DNA of 63,144 nucleotides, filler included, from Lenisia limosa (taxonomy: Eukaryota; Protista; Breviatea): NCBI GenBank assembly GCA_001655205.1. It is 10 parts of 10 records of this genome, joined end to end, with 100 filler letters (N's around TTAATTAATTAA, not from the genome) between each part and the next. Parts side by side here need not be neighbours in the genome. Positions count along the whole stretch, not along the records: positions 37,792 to 53,862 come from LPNZ01003957.1; 9 more parts are not named here. One strand, given 5' to 3'. This document shows, in pieces, positions 37,835-51,700 of the stretch. How positions within the stretch are numbered: the first letter of the stretch is position 1; each line of letters begins with the position of its first letter. The position numbers and the translations under genes are program-made. Below the pieces are notes generated by a model. It was not told the origin of the DNA, did no database searches, and saw only the letters and a list, made by a program, of their open reading frames with translations.

Positions 37835-39982
37835 GTGATATTGCGATTATCCGTGGTGATATTTGTGACGAGGATTTTTGTCAGAAGGTCGTGAATAAGG
37901 CGATTGAGAAGTTCGGCTCTTTGATGGCTGTCGTGAATAACGCTGGTTGGTGGCTTAATAAAATACATTATCAGCTTCTTTCTCAACCATTTTTCCTATA
38001 AGAAAACCCCGAGTTTTTTTCCTGGGAGTGGTTTTCTGATTTTTTTACAAGGACACAACAGAAAACTCCGAGTAACAAAAGAAAGACAACCACGAGCCGG
38101 GATTTTCCCACTTTTCCAGTAGTTTTCCTGAAACAATACAGTGAATTTTCTGGAAAAAAAATTTCCAAAGACGTAATAACCATTTTCCCAAGGCGTTCTT
38201 GGCGTCGTGGAGCCGGTGGCGGACATGTCAAGGAGCAATCTAATGGACACTCTCATCCCCAATCTGGCAGCACCTGTAAGAGGGAATGCAGCAATTTATG
38301 TTAGCTTTATTGTGGTGATTGATATGTGTTATTTATTGTATTTTACACTTGGTTTATTTGCTCGAATGATATCAGCTAAAACTATAACAGTAATATGTAC
38401 TTTCTGATTTCTTTTTAGCTTTCTCTCTCACAGGCAGCAATCCCTTATCTCAAGAAAACTAGTAAGGAGTAATCCTTTTCATTATCTATTCTCTATTATT
38501 AAGGTTGTCTCTCTTCGTTATTTTGTTATTTAAGGATATTTTTAATGATGATAGTGACTTTATTATAGCCTATCCGACCCCCACCCCCACTCTTGAACCT
38601 GTGCAAGATTAGTCTTCCAATTTTTTTTTTTTATTTTCCTTCCATTCACCGTTGATTTAGGATTTTTTTTTTGTTTCANNNNNNNNNNNNNNNNNNNNNN
38701 NNNNNNNNNNNNNNNNNNNNNNNNNNNNNNNNNNNNNNNNNNNNNNNNNNNNNNNNNNNNNNNNNNNNNNNNCAGGGCTGGTCAGCTTACTGCATGTCTA
38801 AGGGTTGGGGGGAAAGTACTGCAAGGTGTATGTCATTTATTATTTCCCGTTAGTTTTTGAAATTGTACATCTTTCTCCTTTTTTATTTGCCTTTAGCGTG
38901 TCTTAACATGATGTCCATGGCTCTTGCTGTGGAAACTGGCCTTGTTTCGTACGCCGGGGGCTGTACTAAATGGCATATTCTAGGAAGTGTAAGATCGGTT
39001 AACAGTGGAGTATTTGGGTTTGGGTGGGTGTAAGCAGCTTTATACCTTTATCATATAATAACTGATTGTTTCTATCGTAAGGGGTTTTAAACGTTTGTTC
39101 TGACGTTTTAGGGTTGCTGTTAGGCCTGGAGTTGTTGATACTGCTATGCAAGGTGTTATTAGGGAGGATGGTAGGCTCCGGTTATTCTTTAATATCAGAA
39201 ACAATTCAGTTCATACTCTTTTTTTAATTTCATACTCTTCTTTTCGATCTCTCATTAAATTTTAAATCAGTATAAATGAACGCCAATATGGCCAAATGAG
39301 TTAATAAAATGCTCATAATAGATATTTCTAGGAATATAATAGAATCATCATAATGTTCAGAATATTATATCCTGTCCATTTATGGGCATAGGCGACAAAG
39401 GTATGGACGCCTCAGTGCATGACCACTTCAAAAACCTCAAAAAACAAGGCCAACTCCTTGCTCCAAGTAGGTGGATGCTGGGGCTCTGATCAAAAAGTTC
39501 TTCCGAGTTAGAGCTTTTTATCTCAAATATTGAATTTTTTTTGCCTGTTAAATACTAAACACTTCCTTAAAAACTTCCATATCCTTTATTTTTCCTGAAT
39601 TTGTAGTTTCTATGAAATAGGGGTCACAGATTTTGTTCCCTTCAACTTTTTATTCTTTCCAGGTGATCCCGCCAAATCTATTGCTAAATTGGCCCTTCAC
39701 GCTTCTGAGACGTTCTCGGGTTGGTGTGTTCGACTTCAATAGTATTTACTTTCTTGTAATGGGCAGCCGTATGTGTATGGATTCTGAGTTTTTTTAAATC
39801 CAATCATCATTATAAATTGCAATGCTCCAACTAGTCTTGCTGTAAGTGTCGAGGAGGGGATATTTCAAGTTTCATAGACGGAATTTTCAAACTCAACAGT
39901 TTGATACATCCATTCTCATATCACAGGTAAGTTCGTGTCCTGGAATGACGCTGAAGTCATGGACCTTCCCCTCAAGTTGTAG
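37835..39982 (+). CDS. Short-chain dehydrogenase/reductase, sepiapterin/benzil-reductase-like (5' end lost at spacer)
   Basis: Spliced product GDIAIIRGDICDEDFCQKVVNKAIEKFGSLMAVVNNAG-VLGVVEPVADMS..AAIPYLKKT..GWSAYCMSKACLNMMSMALAVE..VAVRPGVVDTAMQGVIREDG..GKFVSWNDAEVMDLPLKL*. Has NNAG, YxxxK and PGVVDTxMQ motifs. Confidence 0.92.
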
Positions 39983-40131
39983 CTGTTGATGAATGTACGC
40001 ACATTTCCTCGGTGAATACAGTCCAGGGAGCCAATCCAAGCCGTGAAAACAGTTCATGGTAGATAACGTTCACAGAAACAAAATCATCACAAACAGCCAC
40101 GGTTAAATAGAAGGAGGACAGAGGCCAAGCC

Positions 40132-43100
40132 TTAAATAGAAGGAGGACAGAGGCCAAGCCCAGTGCATGACAACTCGACACAGGTGTCAAGCTCAGTTCT
40201 TGTCACTTCCACCTTGAATATTATGAGACAACAGAGGGATTAAAATATTGTTAATTTGACGATATTGGTTCTCATTTCCCTACCTTAGCTACTTCCTTCA
40301 TCACTTCGATAACAGATTCCTAAAATGATTGTGAAAAAGGGAACATGTTATTTGTGCAGGGACCATGGTAGTCTTGACATAGCTACATGATGAATTATTT
40401 GAATGTACATATATACATATTCTTTTATTGTCTGTTACGGTTACTTGGCACTTGTTTGCCTAAATTACTCATCAACTACTGTTAACAACATATATGAGAC
40501 AGAAAAAAACAATTTCAAGTTTATTTCTCCAAAATTCAAAAGTGACAGGATATCCCAAAAACAAAGGAGTTTTGGCGCACAAACATATTTGCATATACAT
40601 TTCAACTTAATGGTAGCATATTTGAAGTAAAAGCACATATTTATCTAATGGACAAATTTATATGTGCATAATATACATTTCATTGGAATATGTTATTTAA
40701 TGGGGATACGTCATATCTGTTGTATATGTAATGTATATATCTATTATATATCTGTTGTATATGTAATGTATATATCTATATCTATTATATATCGATATAT
40801 ACATGTATATACAGCTGTATATAATATATTATACGACGTTGACCCTTAACCATGCTCACAGTATGCAGAGTCAGCGGCTTAGGGGCTCTAATTGTCGACT
40901 TGCCCGCAGCCAGCGCCATGATGATAAGGATTTGATCGGTGGCGTTTCTACGAGAGTCAAAAAGCTGGACATACTTTTTTGCGGCCATATTTCATAAAAG
41001 GCTGGTTATAACATTTCAATATCAAACCCTGTAATACTACTTTCAAAAGTGAAACGAAAGAGTAGTCCATACTCAACAAATGGGGAGCATTATGATTTTA
41101 CGATCAGAGTATCCTTCATAAACCTGATGTTACTTTTTGAAAGCTTGCCCCCCCCCCCACACCACCTAGCAAATATCCCTCTTACATTTTTTGTATTGTT
41201 CGTTTCCCCTTCTTCTTTACACGTTTCTACACTTGCAAAAAAAAAACACACACTTTTAACGCCCTCCCCCTTCCGCAATTGTACACATCAATCTCCCAGA
41301 TATTACAAAACCTCCCAATACGTCAAATAAACATATGATTATTGGAGTACATGGGGTCACACCCCACCTGTCAAAAGTGGCTCCCGAAAGTGCGTCATCT
41401 GCAGCCTCGTTTGCCGCCATATGACCTGAATCGCTCCACGACACTAAATAATAAATCATCGTGAGACCGTTAGATATCTGAAGGAGATATGGAAAAAGAC
41501 TGAATACAGACAGACTGTATGTCTGAATGTGAAAATGAATATGTAGTATGTATGTATGTCTGGCCGAAGCTGTCCATAAAGTCTAAAGAGTAGGACACAT
41601 AATACACATGTACTTGCACATATGAAAAATCAATATGGGATCATATAAAACAAGCAAATTGAAAACCAAGTTTAAACAACTTCATCATTTCTTTTCTCCT
41701 CACATTATCTCAAACACCCCAGAACCCACCCCCAGTGGAACGCTTCTTGCCTTTTCCTCTCGGGGGTTCACTAATGACGCTCTGGGCAAAGATGCAGCCA
41801 GTGGTTGTTCGAATAAGGACACTGTATGGGATAGAACGGGGTGAATGGAATAAGTTCCACTTATCCAAATACAACCAAAGGAGTTGATGTTTAGAACTGT
41901 TTCATAAAAATGACACTCCACCACAAAAAAACGTCTACGGTAAAGGTTTTAAATATTTGTTATTTAAATGTTCTTCATCGAAATTTCCTTCGTTTTACTC
42001 CCCCCCCCCCCCNNNNNNNNNNNNNNNNNNNNNNNNNNNNNNNNNNNNNNNNNNNNNNNNNNNNNNNNNNNNNNNNNNNNNNNNNNNNNNNNNNNNNTTT
42101 GTAATTGGAATCTACACAGATGATTGGGGTGAGGAATTGGCAAGTTGATATATTATTATGTGTAATTGAGTGAAATAAAAGTAAGCGGTACATAGGGCTT
42201 CACTTCGGTTCGAAAAAAGACGGAATTTCTCGATAAATCCTCGAAAACTGTCGATGTTTTATCGTTCTTTTTCGAACCGAAGTAAAGCCCTAGTGGTACA
42301 TCGTCGCAGATATGTCTATATAGAAATGAGAAATAAAAAAAATAAGGTTGTGCCACATCCGTCCATATCATCACGCTTATACGAGATATTGGATTATAGA
42401 TTAATATTAATCCACCCGTTTCTTAGATATACAACCACTTACGTCTTTGAATTTGGACACAAGCACACTACGGGCAGCCTTGCTCATTTCTTGGTGTGCC
42501 TGGGGGAGGGAGTGAGTCAGAATATGTGTAATGGAGAAATGGTGGTAAAGGTGAATTCAATATATCGTGGGTTNNNNNNNNNNNNNNNNNNNNNNNNNNN
42601 NNNNNNNNNNNNNNNNNNNNNNNNNNNNNNNNNNNNNNNNNNNNNNNNNNNNNNNNNNNNNNNNNNNNNNNNNNNNNNNNNNNTTCTTTGAAGATCTTCA
42701 TTGAGCTTGGTGGTGACGATAGTTCGGATGACTGCGGATAGAACAGTTCCAGGGTCCGTAATGTTGGTCGGGTGGAAGATGGGCCTTTCATGCTGAAAAA
42801 TGAAGCAGATGCTCTTTCACTTATATATAAACAAAGCGGAGAGGGCGATAGAGGGAAATGATACAAGTTTTGTGAAAGAACAATACAATAAGAGTACAAG
42901 TAATATACAATAACATATCCAAAAACGCACTGTTTGTTCCGGGTGGGTGAGCACAACCTTGCCACCTCCTGTGGGGAAGAAGCCCCTACTCTTCAGCTCT
43001 GCCTAAATTGGTAAATTCGATTTTCCAATAAATTCTCTCAAACAAAAACAACCAAAGCCTCCGACATAACTAGAAAGGTTGTATTTATCCACATATTTCC

Positions 43101-45130
43101 GATAAAAATGGCATTCATATCCTTTTTAGGATTGGAACATACGAGTTAAACCATTTATTCATTATTGCAAAACTATACTGCACAATTTGCTCTCTTTTAA
43201 CATTACTGTTCGTATTTGGATGTCTGTATTTATTATGTAACAACAATAAAACGTAAAATCAGGCTGAAAAATTGGAAAATTTGACCCAAAACAAAAAGCC
43301 CAAATGAACTATATTGGTTGACAATACACAAGGGTTAATAACAACAAAACAAACAAGCCCAGACCAGAGGCAGATACATCCTTATTCGGCCAACAGTATC
43401 CACCTACCCTCAAGTAATAAATTGGTAAACCCATACCGAAATGATAGCTTCTGAGAGGCCTGCTATGGCAAAACGAGAAACCTAAGTAACGATCACACAT
43501 TGGACAGCAATATGGTTTAATACTGGTCCAAAATAATAACTGATACTGAAAATGGCTGGGTAATGAATATAGACAAAGATTGTTCTTTACAATCTGTCAT
43601 TGTATTTCAACTCAATAGGAACTCACCTGTTGAAGATGGACCTCATGGAAATAGTCCCAAAATGGCGCGAAAGACGCATTCGTGCCTCCAGTCACAGTCA
43701 TCTAAATACAATATCAATTTTAGTACTCTTTCTAGGATCACCGAAAAGGAAACCAAATCAAAAGATTGAGTGGTGAGAACAAGATTTGTTGTCAATGAAT
43801 GTAATGATAGCTAGCCACCACTTTTACTAACTAATATATGAGAGGTATTGATCCCAACTACTCTAACATTTAACTCTTAAAAACAGTTCAATGAATAGGT
43901 ACAACGGATGATATTTACCACATTTGGGTGTTAGCATAATTGTATCGATTTGTCTTCAATCTTCTCATACTCATTTTATGTGAAACTCAAATTATTTCCT
44001 CCAAATCCCTCAAAAAATCCTTCATATTAGGGGCCTACAGTTAAGGCGTGGCGTTGGAGGGCAATAACGGGTAGACATAGCTGTAAAACAAGGCATATTG
44101 ACCTAAGTGATGACTTTCTTATCAGAAGTCTGAACCACTTTTGCAATAAAACTAGGTATAAACTGGGTGATTTTTACGTCTGAATAAAAAGAAATTTCAT
44201 TTAATAATGGGAACTAGATTGACATGCATTCAAGGTTTGAATCAGAGTTTCAAAAACGAATCTATATGGAATTGATTCCCAAATAGTCAGCAATCAAATT
44301 ACCCACGCAGCGGTTCCGGTTTCAATTGTGATTGTAGGGGGTGGCGGAACTGGAAACTCGTGGGGCCTGACCGTGATCTCACAGGATCCCAACTGAGGGT
44401 TGTGAGAGACAAATTATTACCAAACATACGAAATTCAACAATTTTTTCAGCAGCATCATTTAACGTAAGAAAACTTGGTTCCAATGGCAATAACATTATA
44501 AAAAAGGAATGTTGCGAAATGTGCCCATCTGTAATATTTCAGATCATAATTTACACTTGATGGCAAAGAAAATCAATTACATTTTTATACACATATCATA
44601 TGAGTTTTCATATGAATATTCTTATTATTAACTCTCAATTCGTTTAACCAGGCAAACATCGTTTCCTTCAACTTTGAAGAGGCCAAGCATTTCAAGTGCC
44701 TTGATACCATGTTGGTGTTGTCTTTTTAGCCCTGAAGAAGTTGACAAGTTGGGATAAAATTGTTATTTATCAGATACTACTAGCTAAATATCTAATATAT
44801 ATGTATCATACTCCATGTTTGTATTGCCCCCATGTTCCAACAAACCTGGGGAAGACCGTCTGTGTCTAATATTGAAGACTTTCACAGGTTGCTTTAGTGC
44901 TGCCGCAAGCAAGCAAACATTACGGACAATCTAAGTACAATCAAAATATGTATAATACAAACAACATGAAGTAATAAGGAAGAAAAACATATTAGGGGAA
45001 TAGTACCACAAAAAAAAAAATTTACATTTCAGTAAAGCTGACGCTCTGAAGTCCAGATACAAAACGTACACTTTCTCACCTGTCCTCCTCCTTCCAAAAT
45101 AGACCCGTCAACAGTAATAACTTCCTTCAT
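40132..45130 (-). CDS. RTCA: RNA 3'-terminal phosphate cyclase
   Basis: About 13-15 exons give MKEVITVDGSILEGGGQ-IVRN..NIRHRRSSPGLKRQH..TIETGTAA..LCLPV..TGGTNASFAPFWDYF..SRGFFPTGGGKV..NEAADDALSGATFDRNATDQILIIMALAAGKSTI..LTLHT..CTGLGLCPPSI*. The His in TLHT is kept, favouring RtcA over Rcl1. Confidence 0.93.
42193..42292. mobile_element. hAT-type MITE copy in RTCA intron
   Basis: 100 bp with TIRs; flanks GCGGTACA/GTGGTACA (7/8). Confidence 0.92.
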
Positions 45131-45760
45131 TTAGACAGTGTTTGAGGGGAAACGTGTTACCTAAAGAGAAGGTAAGTTGAAGTCATCAGTTCACTTTTTG
45201 ATTCCCCAATAGTCAATACAAGCATATAGTATTCATGAAGTATCCAAACTAACCTTCCAAAAATAAAGTAAAATATATAACATTAATAATTTATACACTG
45301 CACGTATGGGCGGAGGGCGACAGAATGCTCTGGTAATATACAAGTGTTATTTGCAACATGTGCAATATCTCATTCGTTATTATTAAGAAGGCCTGTTATT
45401 TCACACAATTGATAAATAATGTAAGTGGTTGAGATTATCCTAGCTCAGTTGTTAGCTAGTAGAATTAAGCATGTGCATCCTCTGGCTGACAGAATGATAT
45501 GATTCATATCTCATCACATACAAACCTGCTGTTTGAAGCGCTATAGCTCTGCTACTGATCACTTCAATTGCACATATGTAGACGTATGTTGTTTTATGTT
45601 GTATAGTCACACTGGAGAGTGTGGCGAGTCGTTGGCGTTGGCGCAGGTTGGCGGTTGGCGCAGTTGGCTCGGTGATTGAGTGCTCGATATTTTACGAAAG
45701 TTAATTTCGTTATTTCCATCTCCAAACTTTTCCCCCACAGTCCTTTTCTTTCATCTATAC

Positions 45761-48700
45761 ATGGTGAACTTGCTTAGATTCTTAATAATATGGTTAATAG
45801 CGGCGAATGTCATTCCAGCAGCTCTTTCCGGTATGAAGTCTTCCCTGTCTAGTATTCAGTGATGGTTCTCAGTGCTATTATCACATTATTATACGTATAT
45901 AAGCTTTAAATGAGCGCGATATGGTTCGAAATGAAACTGGCCCGAGGTGTGTCCTCACTATTCCCCTTTACTCAGACCTTATAATCACTTTGCCAGCTGT
46001 AACAATTTTAAGCTCTATTTTTGCATCATGGGGAAATGCTCTTTACCAAGCCTTCGGTATTATTTATTTTCTTTCCGCAGCTGACACCTTCCCCGTTGCT
46101 CTTGTGAGGGATACTGACGACTACACCGTGACTTGGTATCTTGCGAGCCCTGTAAATACCACCCATGCTTTTGAGGTAGGTCAGTCAGTCTTGTGATTTT
46201 GGCATGGATCAGGTGGTGCTACATCTAATCTTTTTTATTATTTTGGGTATTGTTGTTTTTTTTTGTTGTTGTTGTTGTGTTTCAATCATATCCTGTTAAG
46301 TACATGCACAACCTTACGTAATTGACCTTCCTGTTTTGTTGTTTTCAACTTCTTGTGCTTCAAGCCAACAGAGTGTTGATTTTCAGCTTCTTCTTCTTTT
46401 TTTTGTTACCAAAATTTTACATTTTTACTTTCTCAACCCTCCTGTGTTGTCACCCAATAGAGTTGATTTTGAGCTTTTTTTTTGTTTCATAGTTTTTTTT
46501 TTCCAATTTTATCGACCCCCCCCCCCNNNNNNNNNNNNNNNNNNNNNNNNNNNNNNNNNNNNNNNNNNNNNNNNNNNNNNNNNNTAACCAACAGCTCTGG
46601 TATGTTCAACCCTTCGTATTTTTTTTCAATTTGTGTTGTTATATTGTTCTTGCTATGCTCAACATTCTCTTATTTCTGGCCCCGTACAATTAATTTTTTT
46701 TGAGGAAATTGACACAATTAGAAATTAAAGTGTCTGGAATAGGGTTCTCGTTATACTATGTCTCACTTCGAATTTTGAAATTATTTTTTAATTAATTACA
46801 CGGAGCCCTATTTAGTTTCCACTGGTCTACCAATAATTAGAGTTCTTCAAGTTCCCCTAATTTTCCTAGGGCTTCGGTTCCAAAATACCCGCCAAATATC
46901 GATAGTTTTCGAGGATTTATCGAAAAATTTAGTCCTTTTTCGAACCGAAGAAAGCTCTAAATTTTCCCCAACTGTAACTATTTCATTAATCCTTCAGGAC
47001 CCACACACACACTGTCAACGAATCTGAAGGCGATTGGTGATGCCTCTCTTGTGGCCCACGTTACTGTTTTGTACAACAGCACCTTCACTGAGACTGTGTA
47101 AGTGGGTCAAACGAGAAGAGCTATCTTGTATTCCGAAATAAATTTCTATTTTTCGCCATCTACCGGGATGGGGAGGTATTATCATCTTTTTTGGGCTTGG
47201 AAAATATCAGCGGAATATCAGACAAATTAAAAGTAAAAACCCTTTTTATTTTTTGTTTTAATTCTCTTTTCTCTTGAACTCATATTGCTTTTATTGTTTC
47301 TAGGGATTCAAACCCCATACCGATTCCATCATGCTCCGTTGCAACCCCTGAAACATGTCAAGCATACCTTGCTTACAATAAATGCTTGTAAGCGTGGTGG
47401 CTATATATTATGTTTGGGGTTTAGCTATATCAATATACTATACACAAACTTAAATATATCCTACGTAATATATCCTGGAAAGGGTTTCTGTTTTCTCCTC
47501 ATTTTGTAACTTTTAGGTCTGCGGAAGAGAATTTTGTGGTCTCATGAATGATTTAATATTTATCAAATAGAGTATCAAGATCCTCGCCGCCAACCCCTTT
47601 TATTACATACAGTATATTATATGTATATATTATGCTCATGGTCCTCAATTATGTCGTTAAAATAGCATATCAGATATTTTTTGTCATGTTTTGTCATTTC
47701 TTCCCAGTTTCTGTTTTGAGACTCAAGTCTGCTCGATTACGAAGGATTCCACCTGCGCCTATCACCTCAATGATATTGCCTGGAACATTGGGCCCCACAC
47801 AGCCGTCGGTACCTCTTCCTTGAAACCAACCTATAAAAACACGTTCTCATATCGTGTTGAAGGCTTTTACGTAGGGGGGTCTATTTCGCAAGGTCTCATA
47901 ATGTGTTTTGGTACAATAATCCGAAACTCTCTTAACTCATTGACCACCACCGGCTCAATATAGTATATATTGAGAATCTCTTCAAAATGTACAAAACAAT
48001 TACACCTTTTGTCACACCATAACTGAGTAAAAGGTTCTCGTATAATTTTTTGAAGACAATTCAATCAACTCATCTTGTTTTAGAAGGAAATCGAGGTGAC
48101 AGATACGATTTCGCTCTCTGACCTCTGGACTGGGGTCACCTACTCCTACAATCTCACTTCCATCAATCCCAACAACCCCGCTGAGGTTTTGATTGTGAGC
48201 AATAGATATCGTTCAATGTTGGTATTCAACTTTTAGTAATACATACTATGATTTTTATAGATGATATATACATACTATATCAATCAGATATATCATATCA
48301 ATTATGTATGCATAGTTCCAGTTCTCATACCATATAATGACGAGACGCATCAAACAAACTCAGGAGTCTATTTGCTACTAACAAGCTCACAAGTAACGCC
48401 ACAGAAATCTGGTACCTTCACCACCCCCTTTGAAGATGTGCCGATTCCGTCTTACAACTTTGCTATTGACTTCGGGCTCTTTTACATCTTCCACTTCAAT
48501 AACCGTGGGTATGGCTTTTCACACCTGAAGTTAATGGATCAAAAAATGAGGTCTACCCTTAACTCATCACTTTTCTGAGGGGTGGGGTATGGCTCCCATG
48601 GGCTTCAATTCAGTTCGAAAAAGACCTTCAAAATATCGATAGTTTTCGAGAATTTATCGAGATATTCAGTCTTTTTTTGAACTGAAGTAAAGCCCTCAGG

Positions 48701-51700
48701 ATGGTTTTTCTTTTCCTCCAGTTTTCTAGAATTAATTAGGACCGTCCCTCTCTCATCACTCAGTTGGCGTCAATAAGCAGTTCTCCGTGACTATGACTGC
48801 CAATTGTGCTACTTACGATCAAGTCCTATGCTCGGTCACTGTTTATGACCATCTGGTATGTCGGGGTGGTTGAACGCATATGATTATTGTATGGCAGGGT
48901 ATTTTCATGTATGTATGCGTGGCAGAACTTATTTGGGGTGAGCTAAATCTAACTTTTTTTTTGGTATTTCAGAGGGTTGGTATTTAAAATATCTGGAAAA
49001 AGGAAAGAGGTGCATTTGTTAAGGGAAATAGTTTTTACGGCTTCGTCTCACTTAAAAGACGTCAAGAGACTTTGTTGCAGTATTGTCAATAGGGCTTCCC
49101 ACGATCTGAAAAAACCGTTAAAATTGATATTTATCGAGAAATTCAGTCTTTTTTTGGGACCGTGGATGCCCTAATTGTCAGTTCCACTACAATACCCTGT
49201 GTTTTAGTCTTACTCTATTAGACCGCAGTACGTTGTGATGGACTTCGCTACGAAACGTTCTACACCTTGACCGCAGTATTCGAGTACAAAGCCCTTAATA
49301 CCCCTGTTGATCCGTATGGGGGAAGGAGGAATAGGGGTTGGTATCACATAAAATATTTCAAAAAACAAAAAAAAAATGCTAATTGAAAATGAGTGAACAG
49401 GGATTATTCAAATCAAATATCAAATGTGATTACAAGAACAGCCATCAATCCAATTTTTGTTAGATAGTTTCTGTGGATGGAAAAGATTCGACTGAAGAGT
49501 AAAAAATATTGCGCATTGATGAATGGGATTTACTTCCTTTCGAAAAAAGACTGAATTTCTCGATAAATCTTAGGAAAATATCGATATTTTTCCGGTATTT
49601 TTCGTACCGAAGTGAAGCCCTAGTGACGATGGGAGAACATGAGTATTATAGTATATGATATAGTTTATTATACTTATAAATATCATATTATATATATGCA
49701 TATCGATATATATATCATTAAAGGCCATCTTTGAAGACATATCCTTTTTATGATTCAGGCTTGTACTCAACATCACCAAGAACTCTGAGAACTTCAATAC
49801 CCCGACCAACTTTGTTGTCGGCAAAGTCTATTCTCCAGAATCTGTGAGCACTTGAATAAGCAAATTGCGAGCAAAACTTTGTTTAATATGTAATAGTGAA
49901 TATCACCCTGATAAAGAGAAAGATCAACAGATAAAGGCATCCTTTCTAAGGAGCTTTGCTTTGAATCAATACTTCTCTTTGATCCAAGTCCACGAAAGAC
50001 TACTGTATGATACGGAAGTATGAGTCTTATTATGTTGTATCAAGAAAAAGGTTTCAGCGGAGGGGAATAATGGTTCTGCCACTGTCCCAATCAAAAATCG
50101 TTGTTATAATAATTCTCACCCAAGGTCCAAACAATAACAATAAATATTTAGCTCGAAGTGCAGCTGTTGGCGTCGTACTCCTTGCCTAGCTACTTTTCAT
50201 GGGAGTTCACGATGACAGTGAGGGGGGTCGCTCAAGCAGAATCAAACCTCTGAGTGTATTGCATTCCGCAAAGATCTGGCGTTCCCAACCCCCAACCCCT
50301 TAAATTTTCCATTGTATTCCCCCCAGGTTTCAGATTATTATACGCCAATATTCATCGTCGAAATTTCCTTCGTGTTACCTCCCCCCCAGGCTACAGGACC
50401 CTCATACTCGCAAAGTCTCGTACAGAACGGGACGTACTTTGTTTTCACAGGCATGATACCGGACACTGACTACACTTTCGTCCCGAGGGTTGGGGGAGGG
50501 GGGGGGGGATTTGGGTTCGAAAGAAAGTCTGCATTTCTCGATAAATTTTCGAAAACTATCGATATTTCCCGAGTTTATTTTGAACCGAAGTGAAGCCCTG
50601 GCGTGAATTAGCTTAGTATTTACTGGCTTGGATAGGGATGGGGGCTGTAAGAATTTTAACTCCATTAAAAATCATTCCTAGTTTTTGGACCTGCTGTACC
50701 TAGGAATTCACTTCGGTTCAAAAATGACTGAATATCTCGATAAATCCTCGAAAACTATCGATACTTTATTGGACTTTTTCGGACTGTGTGAAACTATAGC
50801 AGTAACGCTGTAGATATGTCGTACTGGAAACGTGAAATGCCGCAATGGTGAAACTCGAGTGCACCGTACCACACATCTGCCCCCTGAACAACCCACTCTA
50901 GCTGTTCTCTCACGCAGCACTACATCTCTCAAAATCGGGTTGGGGGGGNNNNNNNNNNNNNNNNNNNNNNNNNNNNNNNNNNNNNNNNNNNNNNNNNNNN
51001 NNNNNNNNNNNNNNNNNNNNNNNNNNNNNNNNNNNNNNNNNNNNNNNNNNNNNNNNNNNNNNNNNNNNNNNNNNNNNNNNNNNNNNNNGTCTCTGAAAAA
51101 CTGTCATTCAGTATACGATATACTGACACCATACTATGCTATGTCCTTCCTGAAACAATATAATGGCCTTGTAGATTCAGCAACCCTGGAATTCCGCCCT
51201 ATACCACCATTACTGCTACCATTGATGGCAGACCTGGTTCAACTACAGTTTCTGATGTCACTTTCAAGAACCTTGATGTAATGGGGGAGGGAGGGGTATC
51301 AGTTTTGGAGGAATGTCCGTTGCCATAATGAGTTTATACACTATGTGTTCCCTTATACCCCCCACCCCCAGATTGGTACTGCATATACGATTGATGTGAC
51401 TGTCGAAAACAACGGAGGTTCCAATAGCAGCATTTTGGAAGTCAGCACCCTTGCGTCCGCGCCAAAACCAAGTTTGCTGGTTGTCATCTCATACTTCCCG
51501 ATCCAGGGACCCCGCTTGTTTGGCCTACAATAACAAAATATTGTTTGTACCTTGGGGAAGCTCGTAGTTTAGCTTTACTAAAACATTCTTTTTGTCATTA
51601 GCAAGGTTATTTGTCAAAGAATTTACGAGAATTGGGTTTAATTACATGCAAAATAGACATATTGGAGATACAGATATTGGATAAGTACATATGATCTGAT

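Noticed and set aside
39982-40132. Functional link between neighbouring genes (SDR, RTCA, surface proteins) as an operon-like system
   Set aside because: Eukaryotic genes on opposite strands and contigs joined by artificial spacers; no evidence of a shared pathway.
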